A stretch of DNA of 32,000 nt from an uncultured Gammaproteobacteria bacterium (GCA_963763305.1 CAVXNP010000002.1:145802-177801), one strand, 5' to 3'; shown: positions 7,984 to 17,593, counted from the stretch's first letter. The notes: a model not told the origin generated them from the sequence alone. Numbers and translations: made by a program.

Positions 7984-8299
7984 ACGCGCCTCCGGTGAAC
8001 ACGGTGGACGTCCACGCTAGCACCTTCGCACCAGGCGGTCGGTGCCGCTTTTGCTGACGGCGGAACGAGCCCGAGCGCTCCGTGGTGGGCGGGAGCCGCT
8101 CGTCCGGTTGCCTCCCGCATGCTTGCGTCGGGCCGGCCCTGAGTTGGACGACGGGCGAGGTGGCGCGGGCAGGGTTCGCTGCCACTGCCGTGGTTGCGGC
8201 CCGGCGCCGCGGTGTTGGCCGTCTGTTTCGGCACGTCCACACGGATCGTTGCAGGATCGCCGCTACCATGCCCCGATCGGGCGACCTCTCGGAGTGTAA

Positions 8300-9535
8300 A
8301 TGCTGCGCAACCTGCGCCCCATCATCTCGTTGCTGGCCGGTACGGCGCTGCTGTTGCTCGGTGTGGGTCTGCTGACCACGCTCATTCCCCTGCGCGGCGG
8401 CGCGATGGGGTATTCCACCACGCTGCTGGGCGCGCTGACGTCGGCGTACTACGCCGGCTATTTCCTGGGCACGTTCGCCCTGCCGCCGCTGATCCAGCGG
8501 ATCGGGCACATCCGGGCGTTCGCGTTCTGCACGGCACTGGTGGCGTGCCTGGTGTTGCTGCATGCGCTGGACAGCAGCCCGTGGCTGTGGCTGCTGCTGC
8601 GCGTGCTGGCGGGCGTGGCGCTGGTGGGGTTGTACGCGATCATCGAGAGCTGGCTCAACGCCCAGACGCAGCCGTCGCGGCGCGGCACCGTGTTCGCCAT
8701 CTACATGATGGTGAACCTGTGTTCGCTGGCGGTGGCGCAGCAGCTGCTGCGATTGCCCGGCGAGCCGTTCGTGCTGTTCGTGGTGGTGGCGCTGCTGGTG
8801 TGTGCCGCCACCTTGCCGGTGGTGATCACGCGCCAGGCGCAGCCGGTCCTGCAGCCGGCACCGCGGCTGGAGTTGCGCCGGCTGTTCGCGCTGGCGCCGA
8901 CCGCCGGCGTGGGCGCGCTGCTGTCCGGGCTGGCGATGGGGGCGTTCTGGGGTTTGCTGCCGGTGTACGCGCATGGCCTGGGCCTGAACCTGAGGGAGGT
9001 CGGCACCTACATGACGGTGGCCATTGCCGGCGGCGCGGCCTGGCAGTGGCCGGTGGGACGCTGGTCGGACCGGCAGGATCGCCGGGTCGCGCTGGCCGCG
9101 ATCTGCGGGCTGGCCGCGGCGCTGGCGCTGCTGCAGTTCGCGGTGGCACCCTGGCAGGGCGCCGCGCGGGTTCTGATTTTCCTCTACGGCGGGCTGACCT
9201 TTGCGGTGTATCCGGTGGTGGTGGCGCATCTGGTCGATCACCTGAGCGCCGAGGAACTGCTGTCGGCCAGCAGCAGCGTGCTGCTGATCTACGGCGTCGG
9301 TTCGGCGATCGGTCCGATCGCCGCCGGCTCGCTGATGTCGGCACTCGGGGCCGGCGCGCTGTTCGGCTGGTTCGCGGTGACCCAGTTGCTGCTGGCCGCC
9401 TACGCCACCTACCGCTACTGGCATTTCCACCGCGAGCAGTCCAGCGATCCCAACTTCCGGGTGATGCTGCGGACCACGCCGACCGCGCTGGAGATGCTGC
9501 CGGAAAACGATACCGAAGGCGGTGCGCCCGGCTGA
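8300..9535 (+). CDS. MFS transporter (12 TM), 411 aa
   Basis: The sequence is highly hydrophobic and 12-TM-like throughout. It shows MFS-type loops (PLIQRIGHIRAF; WSDRQDRR). Coding GC3 is clear, and the long antisense ORF 7913..9763 is its shadow. Confidence 0.9.
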   Translation: MLRNLRPIISLLAGTALLLLGVGLLTTLIPLRGGAMGYSTTLLGALTSAYYAGYFLGTFALPPLIQRIGHIRAFAFCTALVACLVLLHALDSSPWLWLLLRVLAGVALVGLYAIIESWLNAQTQPSRRGTVFAIYMMVNLCSLAVAQQLLRLPGEPFVLFVVVALLVCAATLPVVITRQAQPVLQPAPRLELRRLFALAPTAGVGALLSGLAMGAFWGLLPVYAHGLGLNLREVGTYMTVAIAGGAAWQWPVGRWSDRQDRRVALAAICGLAAALALLQFAVAPWQGAARVLIFLYGGLTFAVYPVVVAHLVDHLSAEELLSASSSVLLIYGVGSAIGPIAAGSLMSALGAGALFGWFAVTQLLLAAYATYRYWHFHREQSSDPNFRVMLRTTPTALEMLPENDTEGGAPG

Positions 9536-9751
9536 GCGGGCCGGTCGGGCCGATCGACCTCGGTGTGCAGGGGGCAGGCGCAGGTCGTGCGCGGGTGACA
9601 TGGCGCCGGCAGCGAGGCGGCCACGCCGGGAGCGAAAGCCAAGGCCACCGGGCGGGGCTGCGGCCGGGGGATCGGCCCCTCGAAAGCCGGCAAGCGTGGT
9701 GCTAGATTCGGCCGGCCGGCGTGGGGGGCATGCCGGGACAAGGGGTGAAGC

Positions 9752-10627
9752 ATGCATTCTCATGGGCTCGAAGGAGCTCGCCGCTGGCGTGTGCCGTCGC
9801 CGCCAGGGCGTCGGTGGATGCCGTGGGCGATCGGTTGCCTGCTGTTGGCGTCATGGGCCCTCGTTGCGGCCAGCCCGGCCCGGGGCGACCGGGCAGATCC
9901 ACCTGCGCAGGTGCGCGTCGTCGACAGCTGGCCGCGGGGCGACAACATCGCACTGGGCCGCAACGGGCACTTCTACCTGCGCCTGGGCTATCGCACGAAC
10001 CATCCCGTGGGGATCTGGGTGCGCGGCTATGCGCACGGTGAGCCGGCGGCGGTCGGCACCAGCCCGTCGCTGCGCTACGACGGCGAGGGCACCATGCTGG
10101 CCTGGCTGTTCCTGCTGGAGCCAGGGGCGGAAGTGGACGAGATACGCATCACCGCCGGCGACGGAAGCCTGCGCGGCACGCCGGTGGTGGCCACCCTGCC
10201 GGTGCACCTGTCCGACGCCGGGGGCAGCAATGGGGTCGATGCATTGCCCCGTCCGGCGTGGGTCGACGATGGCCTGGCGCATCAGCAGGCGGCGCAGCAC
10301 GAGGCGGCGCGGCAGGCGCAAACCGCCTCCGGCGATGGCGGCGGAGCGGCACTCGTTGGCGGCCTGCTGGTGCTGATGCTGGTGGCCACGGTCGGCGGCC
10401 TGGGCCTGCCGATCTGGGCGTGCTGGCGCTGGCGCGGGGGCTGGCGGCTTGCCGCTGCGCTGCCGGCGGCGGTGGTGGCGTTCGTGGTGCTGCGCATCGT
10501 CGTCGACGTGGCGCACGACCCCACCTCGCACAACCTGTGGCCGTTCGAACTGGTGCTGGCCGGCTTGCCTGCCACGCTGGCGACCGGTGTGATGGTGTGG
10601 CTGCGGCGGGTCGGGAAGCGTGCCTGA
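9752..10627 (+). CDS. Hypothetical membrane-anchored protein (periplasmic domain plus 3 C-terminal TM segments)
   Basis: It has a signal-like N-terminus (RRWMPWAIGCLLLASWALVAASPA) and a soluble domain of about 170 aa. This is followed by a Gln/Ala linker and three TM helices. The start is uncertain: ATG 9752, GTG 9791 (AAGGAG lies upstream) or ATG 9818. I recognise no family. Confidence 0.6.
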   Translation: MHSHGLEGARRWRVPSPPGRRWMPWAIGCLLLASWALVAASPARGDRADPPAQVRVVDSWPRGDNIALGRNGHFYLRLGYRTNHPVGIWVRGYAHGEPAAVGTSPSLRYDGEGTMLAWLFLLEPGAEVDEIRITAGDGSLRGTPVVATLPVHLSDAGGSNGVDALPRPAWVDDGLAHQQAAQHEAARQAQTASGDGGGAALVGGLLVLMLVATVGGLGLPIWACWRWRGGWRLAAALPAAVVAFVVLRIVVDVAHDPTSHNLWPFELVLAGLPATLATGVMVWLRRVGKRA

Positions 10628-10880
10628 ATCCGGCAGCGGCGACCGGGTGATGCCCCTGAGCGAAGCTGTCCGGCCGGGCCCTCATCGGCCCGTCTGACGG
10701 TGGACCGGACCCGTGCCGGCGGTCTGGCGGTCCGGCAAGGGACCGCCGGCGGCGGCGACCGGGACCTTCACTGCGGTCATGCCCTTGGCACGCTACGGTG
10801 CGACGACCGCGCGGAGGTTGGCGGGCGGGAGAAACCGGAAGAGGCCCCAGGCAGCATCCATCCGCGCAGGAGCACATCCC

Positions 10881-11957
10881 ATGATCTGGCCCTGGACAGG
10901 ATTCGGCGCCTTCGTCCTGCTGATGCTGGCACTCGATCTTGGTGTCTTTCACCGCAAGGCCCATGTGGTCAGCGTGAAGGAAGCCCTGGCGTGGTCCGCC
11001 GTGTGGCTGGCCCTGGGGCTGGCCTTTGCGGTGCTGGTCTATTTCGCCTACGACGCCAGGTGGTTCGGCCTGGGCAGCGTCGTCGACGCGGTCGATGGAC
11101 TGCCCAACAGCGGAGCATCCGCAGCGGAGAAGTACCTGACCGGCTATGTCGTCGAGAAGTCGCTCAGCGTCGACAACATATTCGTCATCTCCATGATCTT
11201 CGCCTCGTTTGCAGTGCCACCGCTGTACCAGCACCGGGTGCTGTTCTGGGGCATCCTGGGTGCGCTGGTTCTGCGCGGGGTGATGATCGGCCTCGGGGCG
11301 AAGCTGATCGCCGAGTACCACTGGGTCCTGTACATCTTTGCGCTGTTCCTGATCCTGACCGCGTTCAAGATGCTGTTCCTCAAGGCAGGCCCGGCCGACC
11401 CGAACAGCAACATCGTGGTGCGGGTAGCACGCCGCTTCTTTCCGGTGACCGCCCGGTTCCACGGCGCGCATTTCGTGGTGCGTGCAGGTGCACCCGCGTC
11501 GTACGAGAGCGAAGTCCCCGGCGCACCGGTGGTGCCCGACGAGGTGGTGCGAAAGGCGCGCCCCGGAGCGCTGCTGCTCACGCCACTGGCTCTGGCACTG
11601 GTCATGGTGGAGGCCACCGATCTGATCTTCGCGGTGGACTCCATACCGGCGATCTTTGCGATCACAGCGGACCCGTTCCTGGTGTTCACCAGCAACGTGT
11701 TTGCCATTCTCGGGCTGCGATCGCTCTATTTCGCCCTGGCCGGGTTGGTGAACAGGTTCCGCTACCTCAAGGCGTCACTCGCGCTGGTGCTGCTGGTGGT
11801 CGGACTCAAGATGCTGCTTGCCCCTTGGCTCAAGCTGGCGCTCGGCAGCCACTTCAACCTGTACCTGCTGATGGTCGTGCTGGGCATCCTGGCCGCCGGC
11901 GTGGTCGCCTCGGTCATCGCCGAGCGCCGACGCACCCGTCACCCCGGGGAGCCCTGA
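10881..11957 (+). CDS. TerC/Alx family integral membrane protein, 358 aa
   Basis: It starts at ATG 10881, preceded by AGGAG. TerC signatures are present: YLTGYVVEKSLSVDNIFVI, FWGILGALVLRGVMI, EATDLIFAVDSIPAIFAIT.DPFLVFTSNVFAILGLRSLYF. The upstream 56 codons of ORF 10713..11957 look non-coding. Confidence 0.9.
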   Translation: MIWPWTGFGAFVLLMLALDLGVFHRKAHVVSVKEALAWSAVWLALGLAFAVLVYFAYDARWFGLGSVVDAVDGLPNSGASAAEKYLTGYVVEKSLSVDNIFVISMIFASFAVPPLYQHRVLFWGILGALVLRGVMIGLGAKLIAEYHWVLYIFALFLILTAFKMLFLKAGPADPNSNIVVRVARRFFPVTARFHGAHFVVRAGAPASYESEVPGAPVVPDEVVRKARPGALLLTPLALALVMVEATDLIFAVDSIPAIFAITADPFLVFTSNVFAILGLRSLYFALAGLVNRFRYLKASLALVLLVVGLKMLLAPWLKLALGSHFNLYLLMVVLGILAAGVVASVIAERRRTRHPGEP

Positions 11958-12003
11958 ACGGGCTGCCGGCGGGGGGCGATGCCCCCGGGGCCGCCACCGC
12001 CCT

Positions 12004-12660
12004 TTATCGAGCGGCAGCCAACCCGTCGGTGAACACCGCCCGCTGCGCATCGAACGCGCGCTTGTAGGCGGGACGCGCCTCACCGCGGGCGACGTAGGCG
12101 GCGACGTTGGAATACGTGTCCAGCAGGCCCGAGGCTTTCAGCCGGGTCAGCACCCCGACCATCATCAGGTCGCCCGCGCTGAAGGCACCGTCGAGCCAGT
12201 CGGCCTCGCCAAGGCGGGCAGAGAGCTCGCCCAGCCGGGTGCCGATGCGATCGAGTACCAGCGGCAGGCGCTGCTCGGCCCACGGCTTGTCGTGTTCGAT
12301 GAACCGGGCGGTGACCAGATCCAGGATCGGCGGTTCCATTGTGTTCACTGCGGCGAACATCCATGCGATCGCCCGCGCCCGCGCGCTGGCGTCGTCGGGC
12401 AACAGGCCCGGATGGCGCTCGGCGATGTGGAAAACGATGGCGCCCGATTCGAACAGGACCAGATCACCTTCCTCGTAAGTGGGGATCTGCCCGAACGGGT
12501 GAAGCGCCCGGTGCGATGCATCCTTCATGGCCTCGAACGAAACCAGGCGAACCTCGTAGGGCTGGCCCGCTTCTTCGAGCGCCCAGCGCACGCGCATGTC
12601 GCGGGCGAGCCCCTGGCCGCGATCGGGTGACTGTTCAAAGGCAGTGATGGTGGGGTTCAC
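12004..12660 (-). CDS. Glutathione S-transferase, 218 aa
   Basis: It starts at GTG 12660, preceded by GGGAG. The thioredoxin-like N-domain carries FGQIPTYEEGDLVLFESGAIVFHI, followed by a helical C-domain. The ORF's upstream extension looks non-coding. Confidence 0.9.
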   Translation of the reverse strand: MNPTITAFEQSPDRGQGLARDMRVRWALEEAGQPYEVRLVSFEAMKDASHRALHPFGQIPTYEEGDLVLFESGAIVFHIAERHPGLLPDDASARARAIAWMFAAVNTMEPPILDLVTARFIEHDKPWAEQRLPLVLDRIGTRLGELSARLGEADWLDGAFSAGDLMMVGVLTRLKASGLLDTYSNVAAYVARGEARPAYKRAFDAQRAVFTDGLAAAR

Positions 12661-12757
12661 GGAAAGCTCCCTATGCGTGCGAAGTGACGGGAAAGGCACA
12701 GCGCGACCTTCAGTGCAGAACCCGCCCTGGCGAACGGAGGGCGGGCCGCCACCATGA

Positions 12758-13240
12758 TCAATTGCCGCGCCGCGCGGCCTCGATCGTGGCAACGTCGATC
12801 CTGCCCATTTGCATCATGGCCTCGAATGCGCGCCTGGCCGCGGCCGGATCGGCGTCGGTGACCGCGTCGGTCAGGGCGCGCGGGGTGATCTGCCATGAAA
12901 CGCCCCACCTGTCCCTGCACCAGCCGCAGACGCTCGCCTCGCCGCCGTTGTCGACGATCGCGTTCCACAGGCGATCGGTTTCGGCCTGGTCGTCGGTGGC
13001 CACCTGGAACGAGAACGCGATGCTGTGCTGTACCTCGGGTCCGCCGTTCAGACCCAGGCAGGGGATGCCCATGACGGTGAACTCGACGGTCAATACATCC
13101 CCCTGTCTGCCGGCGGGATAGTCACCGGGCGCGTGGTGGATGGCGCCGACGGCGCTGTCGGGGAACGTCCGGGCGTAAAAGGTCGCGGCGTCCAGGGCGG
13201 TGCCGTCGTACCAGAGACAAATCGTGTTCTTGCCGAGCAT
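12758..13240 (-). CDS. VOC/PhnB-like protein (3-demethylubiquinone-9 3-methyltransferase-domain family, PF06983-like), 160 aa
   Basis: It starts at ATG 13240 with GGAGAG upstream. The sequence ICLWYDG.A..A..FY...F..S.....H....P.G..GDVLTVEF...G......NGGP........SF.V...DQ.E.D..W..I..NGGE...CGWC.D.WGVSWQI.P fits that family as I recall it. Confidence 0.85.
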   Translation of the reverse strand: MLGKNTICLWYDGTALDAATFYARTFPDSAVGAIHHAPGDYPAGRQGDVLTVEFTVMGIPCLGLNGGPEVQHSIAFSFQVATDDQAETDRLWNAIVDNGGEASVCGWCRDRWGVSWQITPRALTDAVTDADPAAARRAFEAMMQMGRIDVATIEAARRGN

Positions 13241-13517
13241 GAGGGCTCTCCGGGGCAGGCGGCAGGAGTGCCGCTCATTCCTCACGACGAAGCAGCCCGG
13301 GGCGGATCGACAGGATCCGGACGGTGGGAGCGGTTGCGGCCCCGGCGCTCATGCGGCAACTCGGCTCGTACGTTGACCCCGCTTGCTTGCGCCGGCCGGC
13401 GACCCGGCACGCGAGCCCGCCGGGGCGCAGCGCCGCGACCCGCTGTTACCATGGTCCGGGCCAGCCTCCGGGCTTGCAGTGCAAGGCGGGCGTCATGAGG
13501 ACGCAAGCGGGGGACTC

Positions 13518-15659
13518 GTGGACGATTTCAGGCAGATTTTCGAGCACGCGCCGGCGCCAACCATGGTGCTCGACCGTGAGTTCCGCTATGTGGCGGCCAA
13601 TCGTGCGTATCTGCAGGTCACCGCCAGCCGCATGGAGTCGCTGGAAGGGCGCTGCCTGTTCGATGTGTTTCCCGATGGCCCGGGCGAACCGAACCGCCAT
13701 GGCGCGCTCATGCTTCGTGCCTCGTTCGAGCGCGTGCTGGCGACGGGACGGCCCGACACGCTGGCGCTCATCCCCTACAAGGTCACCCGGTACACCGACC
13801 ACGGCGTGGCATTGCAGGACCGTTACTGGAGCGCGACCCATACCCCGTTGTTCGATGAGCACGGACAGGTTTGCTGGATCCTGCAACAGACCGAGGATGT
13901 GACCGAGCTGCACCGCTTGCGCCTTGCCGCGCACGGTGAGCGCCCGGGGGAGATGATGGCGTCGGGCGTCGCCGAGCGTCTGGAGGCGGGGGTCTTTCAC
14001 CGCGCCGAGCGCGTGCAGCAGGAAAAGTTGCTACTGGAGCGTGAGCGCCAGCAATTGTGGCAGCTGTTTGAACAGGCCCCGGGTTTCGTCTGCGTCCTGC
14101 GTGGGCCGGAGTTTACCTTCGAGATAGCCAACGCGGCCTACCGCGAGATGGTCGGACGCCAGTCCCTCGTCGGCAGGCCGCTGGCCCGGGCCTTGCCCGA
14201 GACGACCGGGCAGGGCTTCGTCGAACTGCTCGAGCGCGTGCTCGCCACGGGCGAGCCCTATGTCGGACGCGCAGAGCGCGTCATGCTGGAACACGACACG
14301 GTACCGACCGAGCTTTTCCTGGATTTCATCTACCAGCCCATTCACGAGCCGGACGGCCGGGTATCGGGCGTGTTCGTGTTGGGCCACGACGTCACCGCAC
14401 GCGTGCGGGCCCATGCCGACCTGCTCAGGCATCGCGAGCACCTCGAGGAACTGGTGCAGACACGCAGCGCGGAGCTGGCCCAGGCCGAAGCGGCGTTGAA
14501 CCAGTCGCAGAAGATGGAGGCGGTCGGCCGCCTGACCGGGGGTATCGCGCACGACTTCAACAACCTGCTGCAGGTCATCGGCGGCAACCTGCAACTGCTC
14601 GAAGGCAGCCTGTCGGGCAATGCCACGGCACAACGACGCATCTGCAATGCCCTGGTGGCGGCGGAGCGCGGCGCCGAGCTCGCCTCGCAGCTGCTGGCGT
14701 TCGCGCGGCGCCAGCCGCTGCAGCCACGGGTGCTGGACCTTGCCCAGCTGATGACTGCCATGGACGACATGCTGCGTCGCGTGATCAGCGAAGGCATCAC
14801 CCTGCGCACCGAAGCGCCTGCCGGCCTGTGGCCGGTCTGTGCCGACCCGTCGCAGATGGAAAACGCCTTGCTCAACCTGGCGATCAACGCGCGCGACGCG
14901 ATGGCCGGCGAAGGCACCCTGCTGCTCACGGCGCGCAACGTGACGGTGGGTGATGGCGCCGATCCGTCCGATACCCCCGGGGCGGGCGACCATGTCCTGC
15001 TGTCCGTGTCCGACACGGGGTGCGGCATGACCCCGGAGGTGGCCAGTCAGGCGTTCGAGCCGTTCTTCACCACCAAGGCGGAGGGCCTCGGTAGCGGACT
15101 GGGTTTGAGCATGGTGTACGGCTTCGTCAAGCAAAGCGGCGGGCATATCTCGATCGAAAGCACCGTGGGAGCTGGCGCCACGGTGCATATCCACCTGCCG
15201 CGGGCGCACGGGGTGGCCGCCGCGGGGACGGTCGCGCGAGCCACCGCAGCGGTCGGTGGATCGGAGACCATCATGGTGGTCGAGGACGACATCCAGGTAC
15301 GCGCCACGGTGGTCGAGATGCTCGTCAGCCTCGGCTACACCGTGCGCAAGGCGGCCCATGCCCAGGAGGCGCTGGAACTCATCCAGGCCGATCCGGCGAT
15401 CGACCTTCTGTTCACCGACGTGGTCATGCCCGGACCACTGAAGAGCACGATGCTCGCGCGTCACGCGCGGGAACGGGTGCCCGGCCTGCGAATCCTGTTC
15501 ACCTCCGGCTATCCACGCGACGAGATCGTCCACGATGGCCGTCTGAACGAGGGCGTGAACCTGTTGAGCAAACCGTATTCGCAGGAGCAGCTGGCGCGTG
15601 CGATCCGGCGTCTGCTCGATGGGGACGGCTGCCCCTCCGCGGCTGCACCGCAGGGCTGA
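13518..15659 (+). CDS. Hybrid sensor histidine kinase/response regulator with two PAS domains
   Basis: There are two PAS-like segments (FRQIFEHAPAPTMVLD...; LWQLFEQAPGFVCVLRGPEFTFEIAN...). The HisKA H-box GGIAHDFNNLLQVI has its His codon at 14550..14552. The HATPase N/G boxes are LNLAINARDAM, DTGCGM and GSGLGLSMV. The C-terminal receiver (IMVVEDD...LLFTDVVMPG) has its Asp codon at 15417..15419. The start is uncertain: I prefer GTG 13518, but the ORF opens at 13383. Confidence 0.9.
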   Translation: MDDFRQIFEHAPAPTMVLDREFRYVAANRAYLQVTASRMESLEGRCLFDVFPDGPGEPNRHGALMLRASFERVLATGRPDTLALIPYKVTRYTDHGVALQDRYWSATHTPLFDEHGQVCWILQQTEDVTELHRLRLAAHGERPGEMMASGVAERLEAGVFHRAERVQQEKLLLERERQQLWQLFEQAPGFVCVLRGPEFTFEIANAAYREMVGRQSLVGRPLARALPETTGQGFVELLERVLATGEPYVGRAERVMLEHDTVPTELFLDFIYQPIHEPDGRVSGVFVLGHDVTARVRAHADLLRHREHLEELVQTRSAELAQAEAALNQSQKMEAVGRLTGGIAHDFNNLLQVIGGNLQLLEGSLSGNATAQRRICNALVAAERGAELASQLLAFARRQPLQPRVLDLAQLMTAMDDMLRRVISEGITLRTEAPAGLWPVCADPSQMENALLNLAINARDAMAGEGTLLLTARNVTVGDGADPSDTPGAGDHVLLSVSDTGCGMTPEVASQAFEPFFTTKAEGLGSGLGLSMVYGFVKQSGGHISIESTVGAGATVHIHLPRAHGVAAAGTVARATAAVGGSETIMVVEDDIQVRATVVEMLVSLGYTVRKAAHAQEALELIQADPAIDLLFTDVVMPGPLKSTMLARHARERVPGLRILFTSGYPRDEIVHDGRLNEGVNLLSKPYSQEQLARAIRRLLDGDGCPSAAAPQG

Positions 15660-15692
15660 CAGGCGCCGGACTCTTGGCTACCCGGCGCGTGT

Positions 15693-16277
15693 TCAGACCA
15701 TCCTGCGCAGCGTGTTGTCCCGGCGCACCAGGTGGTGCCAAAGCGCCGCCGCGACATGCAGCCCGATGACCCAGTAGAAGATCTCGCCGAGTACCTCGTG
15801 CAACTCGCCGACCCGTTCGCTCCAAGCGTGATCGGCATGCACCAGCATCGGCAGCGACCATCCGAGCCAGGGCAGCGTCACCGCATCGCCCTCCAGGTTG
15901 ACCTGCAGGATACCCAGCACCGGTTGCGCCAGCAGGAATGCGTACAGCGCCAGATGGGTCGAGCGGGCGGCGAGCGTGGCGAGGCGGCCGGGTGCGGGCG
16001 TGATCGGCGGAATGCGCCCCATGGCCAGGGCCGGGAGCCGGATCGCCAGCAGGAGCAGCACCAGCAGCCCTGCCAGGTAATGTCCCTGCATCAACGTGGT
16101 GCCCGCGCCCGTCTCGTCCTCGTCGCCGAACTCGACCAGCGCGTAGGCGGCGCCGACGGCCAGCACGGTCAGCCAGTGCGCCGCGCGCACGATGCCCCGG
16201 TAGCGCTCGGGTGTCCCGCTCTCCAGGCCTGCGTGGGTATGGGAGGCCTTGGGGCCCAGTGCGGGGCTGGCGTTCAT
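15693..16277 (-). CDS. cybB: Cytochrome b561 family membrane protein
   Basis: It is a four-TM protein with the conserved His positions (AAHWLTVL..., QGHYLAGL, STHLALYAF, GLHVAAALWHH). Its ATG overlaps the stop of the upstream peroxidase gene (ATGA, 16274..16277). Confidence 0.85.
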   Translation of the reverse strand: MNASPALGPKASHTHAGLESGTPERYRGIVRAAHWLTVLAVGAAYALVEFGDEDETGAGTTLMQGHYLAGLLVLLLLAIRLPALAMGRIPPITPAPGRLATLAARSTHLALYAFLLAQPVLGILQVNLEGDAVTLPWLGWSLPMLVHADHAWSERVGELHEVLGEIFYWVIGLHVAAALWHHLVRRDNTLRRMV

Positions 16278-17314
16278 GGTTTGGGCTGTGGCGTCGTGGC
16301 CACGCTCGGCGGCAGGATCGGCAATGTCACTTGCGGCTGGTCGCCGCTGAGTGCGCCAAGGAAAGCGGTGATACGGTCCACCTCGGTCTCGGTGAGCCGG
16401 GCACCAAGCTGGCTGTTGCCCATGACCGCCACGGCCTGGCGCAGATCCCAGACCTTGCCCGAGTGGAAGTACGGCTGCGTCAGCGCCACGTTGCGCAGCG
16501 AGGGAACGCGGAACACGTACTCGTCGCTGACCGTCTTGGTGACGGCGAAGCGGCCCTTGTCGCCCGGCGGCAGGATCTCGGCACCGGGGCGCTCGACCAC
16601 GCCGAACGGGGCGTACATGCCACCGCCGACGTTGATGCCGCTGTGGCAGGCGGCGCAGCCCTTGCTGACGAACAATGCCAGGCCCTGCTTCTGCTCCTGG
16701 CCGAGTGCCTTCTCGTCGCCCCGCAGATAGCGGTCGAAGGGGGCGTTGGGGGTGATCAGCGTGGCCTCGAAGACCGCCAGTGCGCGACGGATGTTCTCGA
16801 ACGTGATGGCGTCGGCGCTGCCGGGGAAGGCCTGGGCGAAGGCCGGACCGTACCCGGGAACACCCTTGAGCTGTTCGACCGCATGTGCGGCGGTGGTGTC
16901 CATCTCGATCGGGTTCACCAGCGGACCGCCGGCCTGCTCCTCCAGATCCCGGGCACGCCCGTCCCAGAACTGGGCAACGTCGAAGACGGCGTTGTACACC
17001 GTCGGCGCGTTGCGTCCCCCGCGCTGCCAGCGATGTCCCAGCGAGGTCTCCTGCAGGTCGACGCCGCCCATGCCGACCATGTGGCAGGAGTTGCAGCTGA
17101 TGGCATGGCTTTCGGACAGGCGGGGATCGAAGTACAGCATCTTGCCCAGCATCACCCTCTCAGGCGAGGCGGGATTGTCCGGCAACGCCGGAGGCTGCGT
17201 GGGGATGGGCTTGAACAGCCCCTGCGCCTGCTTCATCAGGTCGGACTGGGACCATGCCGGGGCGGACAGCGTGGCTGCCAGCAGGAACAGGGACAGGTGC
17301 GTAACAGGTCGCAT
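16274..17314 (-). CDS. ccpA: Di-haem cytochrome c peroxidase, 346 aa
   Basis: It comprises the last 346 codons of the artefactually long ORF 16274..19036. The ATG at 17314 is preceded by AGGAA. It has a signal peptide (MRPVTHLSLFLLAATLSAPAWS), two haem c motifs (CNSCH and CAACH), and the BCCP signatures GKMLYFDPRLS, QFWDGRA, PSLRNVALT.PYFH.G. Confidence 0.92.
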   Translation of the reverse strand: MRPVTHLSLFLLAATLSAPAWSQSDLMKQAQGLFKPIPTQPPALPDNPASPERVMLGKMLYFDPRLSESHAISCNSCHMVGMGGVDLQETSLGHRWQRGGRNAPTVYNAVFDVAQFWDGRARDLEEQAGGPLVNPIEMDTTAAHAVEQLKGVPGYGPAFAQAFPGSADAITFENIRRALAVFEATLITPNAPFDRYLRGDEKALGQEQKQGLALFVSKGCAACHSGINVGGGMYAPFGVVERPGAEILPPGDKGRFAVTKTVSDEYVFRVPSLRNVALTQPYFHSGKVWDLRQAVAVMGNSQLGARLTETEVDRITAFLGALSGDQPQVTLPILPPSVATTPQPKP

Positions 17315-17444
17315 GGTGGTTCCTTTTTTCGCGGGGCAGGGCTGGCCCGCAACAGGGCGGGACCGAAAAGTCGCCGTTGCCGGTGGCGTGCGTGGAAAGG
17401 CCGTCCGTGTACACGCAGGGTGCTGCGGCGCAGGGCGGGCGATA

Positions 17445-17458
17445 TTGATCGAGGTCAA
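17445..17458. promoter_or_regulatory. FNR/Anr/Dnr-type (CRP-FNR family) binding box TTGATcgagGTCAA
   Basis: The box matches the TTGAT-N4-(A/G)TCAA consensus. It is the only such box I found in the window, and it lies in the 279-bp divergent intergenic region. It sits about 137 nt from the ccpA ATG and about 142 nt from the tspO ATG. I could not identify a good -10 at class II spacing on either side. Confidence 0.4.
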
Positions 17459-17593
17459 TGCCGCAAGGGATTCGAATGCAGTCGAAACGACACTGCCCAA
17501 TCGCCGGGCGCCTTCGGGATGCATGTCAGGTAGGCTTGGGCGGGAGCGATCGCGTGCCCCGTTGTCTGTCGTTGCCACTCTGCAGAGGCCACC

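Noticed and set aside
7913-9763. A 616-aa ORF on the minus strand covers the whole MFS transporter locus.
   Set aside because: Its composition is extreme (Arg/Gln/His/Pro/Gly-rich) with no recognisable domain. It lies exactly antisense to a well-formed 12-TM transporter gene. This is a typical stop-free shadow frame in high-GC DNA.
10628-10880. I considered annotating a yybP-ykoY (Mn2+) riboswitch as a feature upstream of TerC.
   Set aside because: I could not locate the conserved core sequences by eye, so it is kept only as a hypothesis in the findings and not annotated as an ncRNA.
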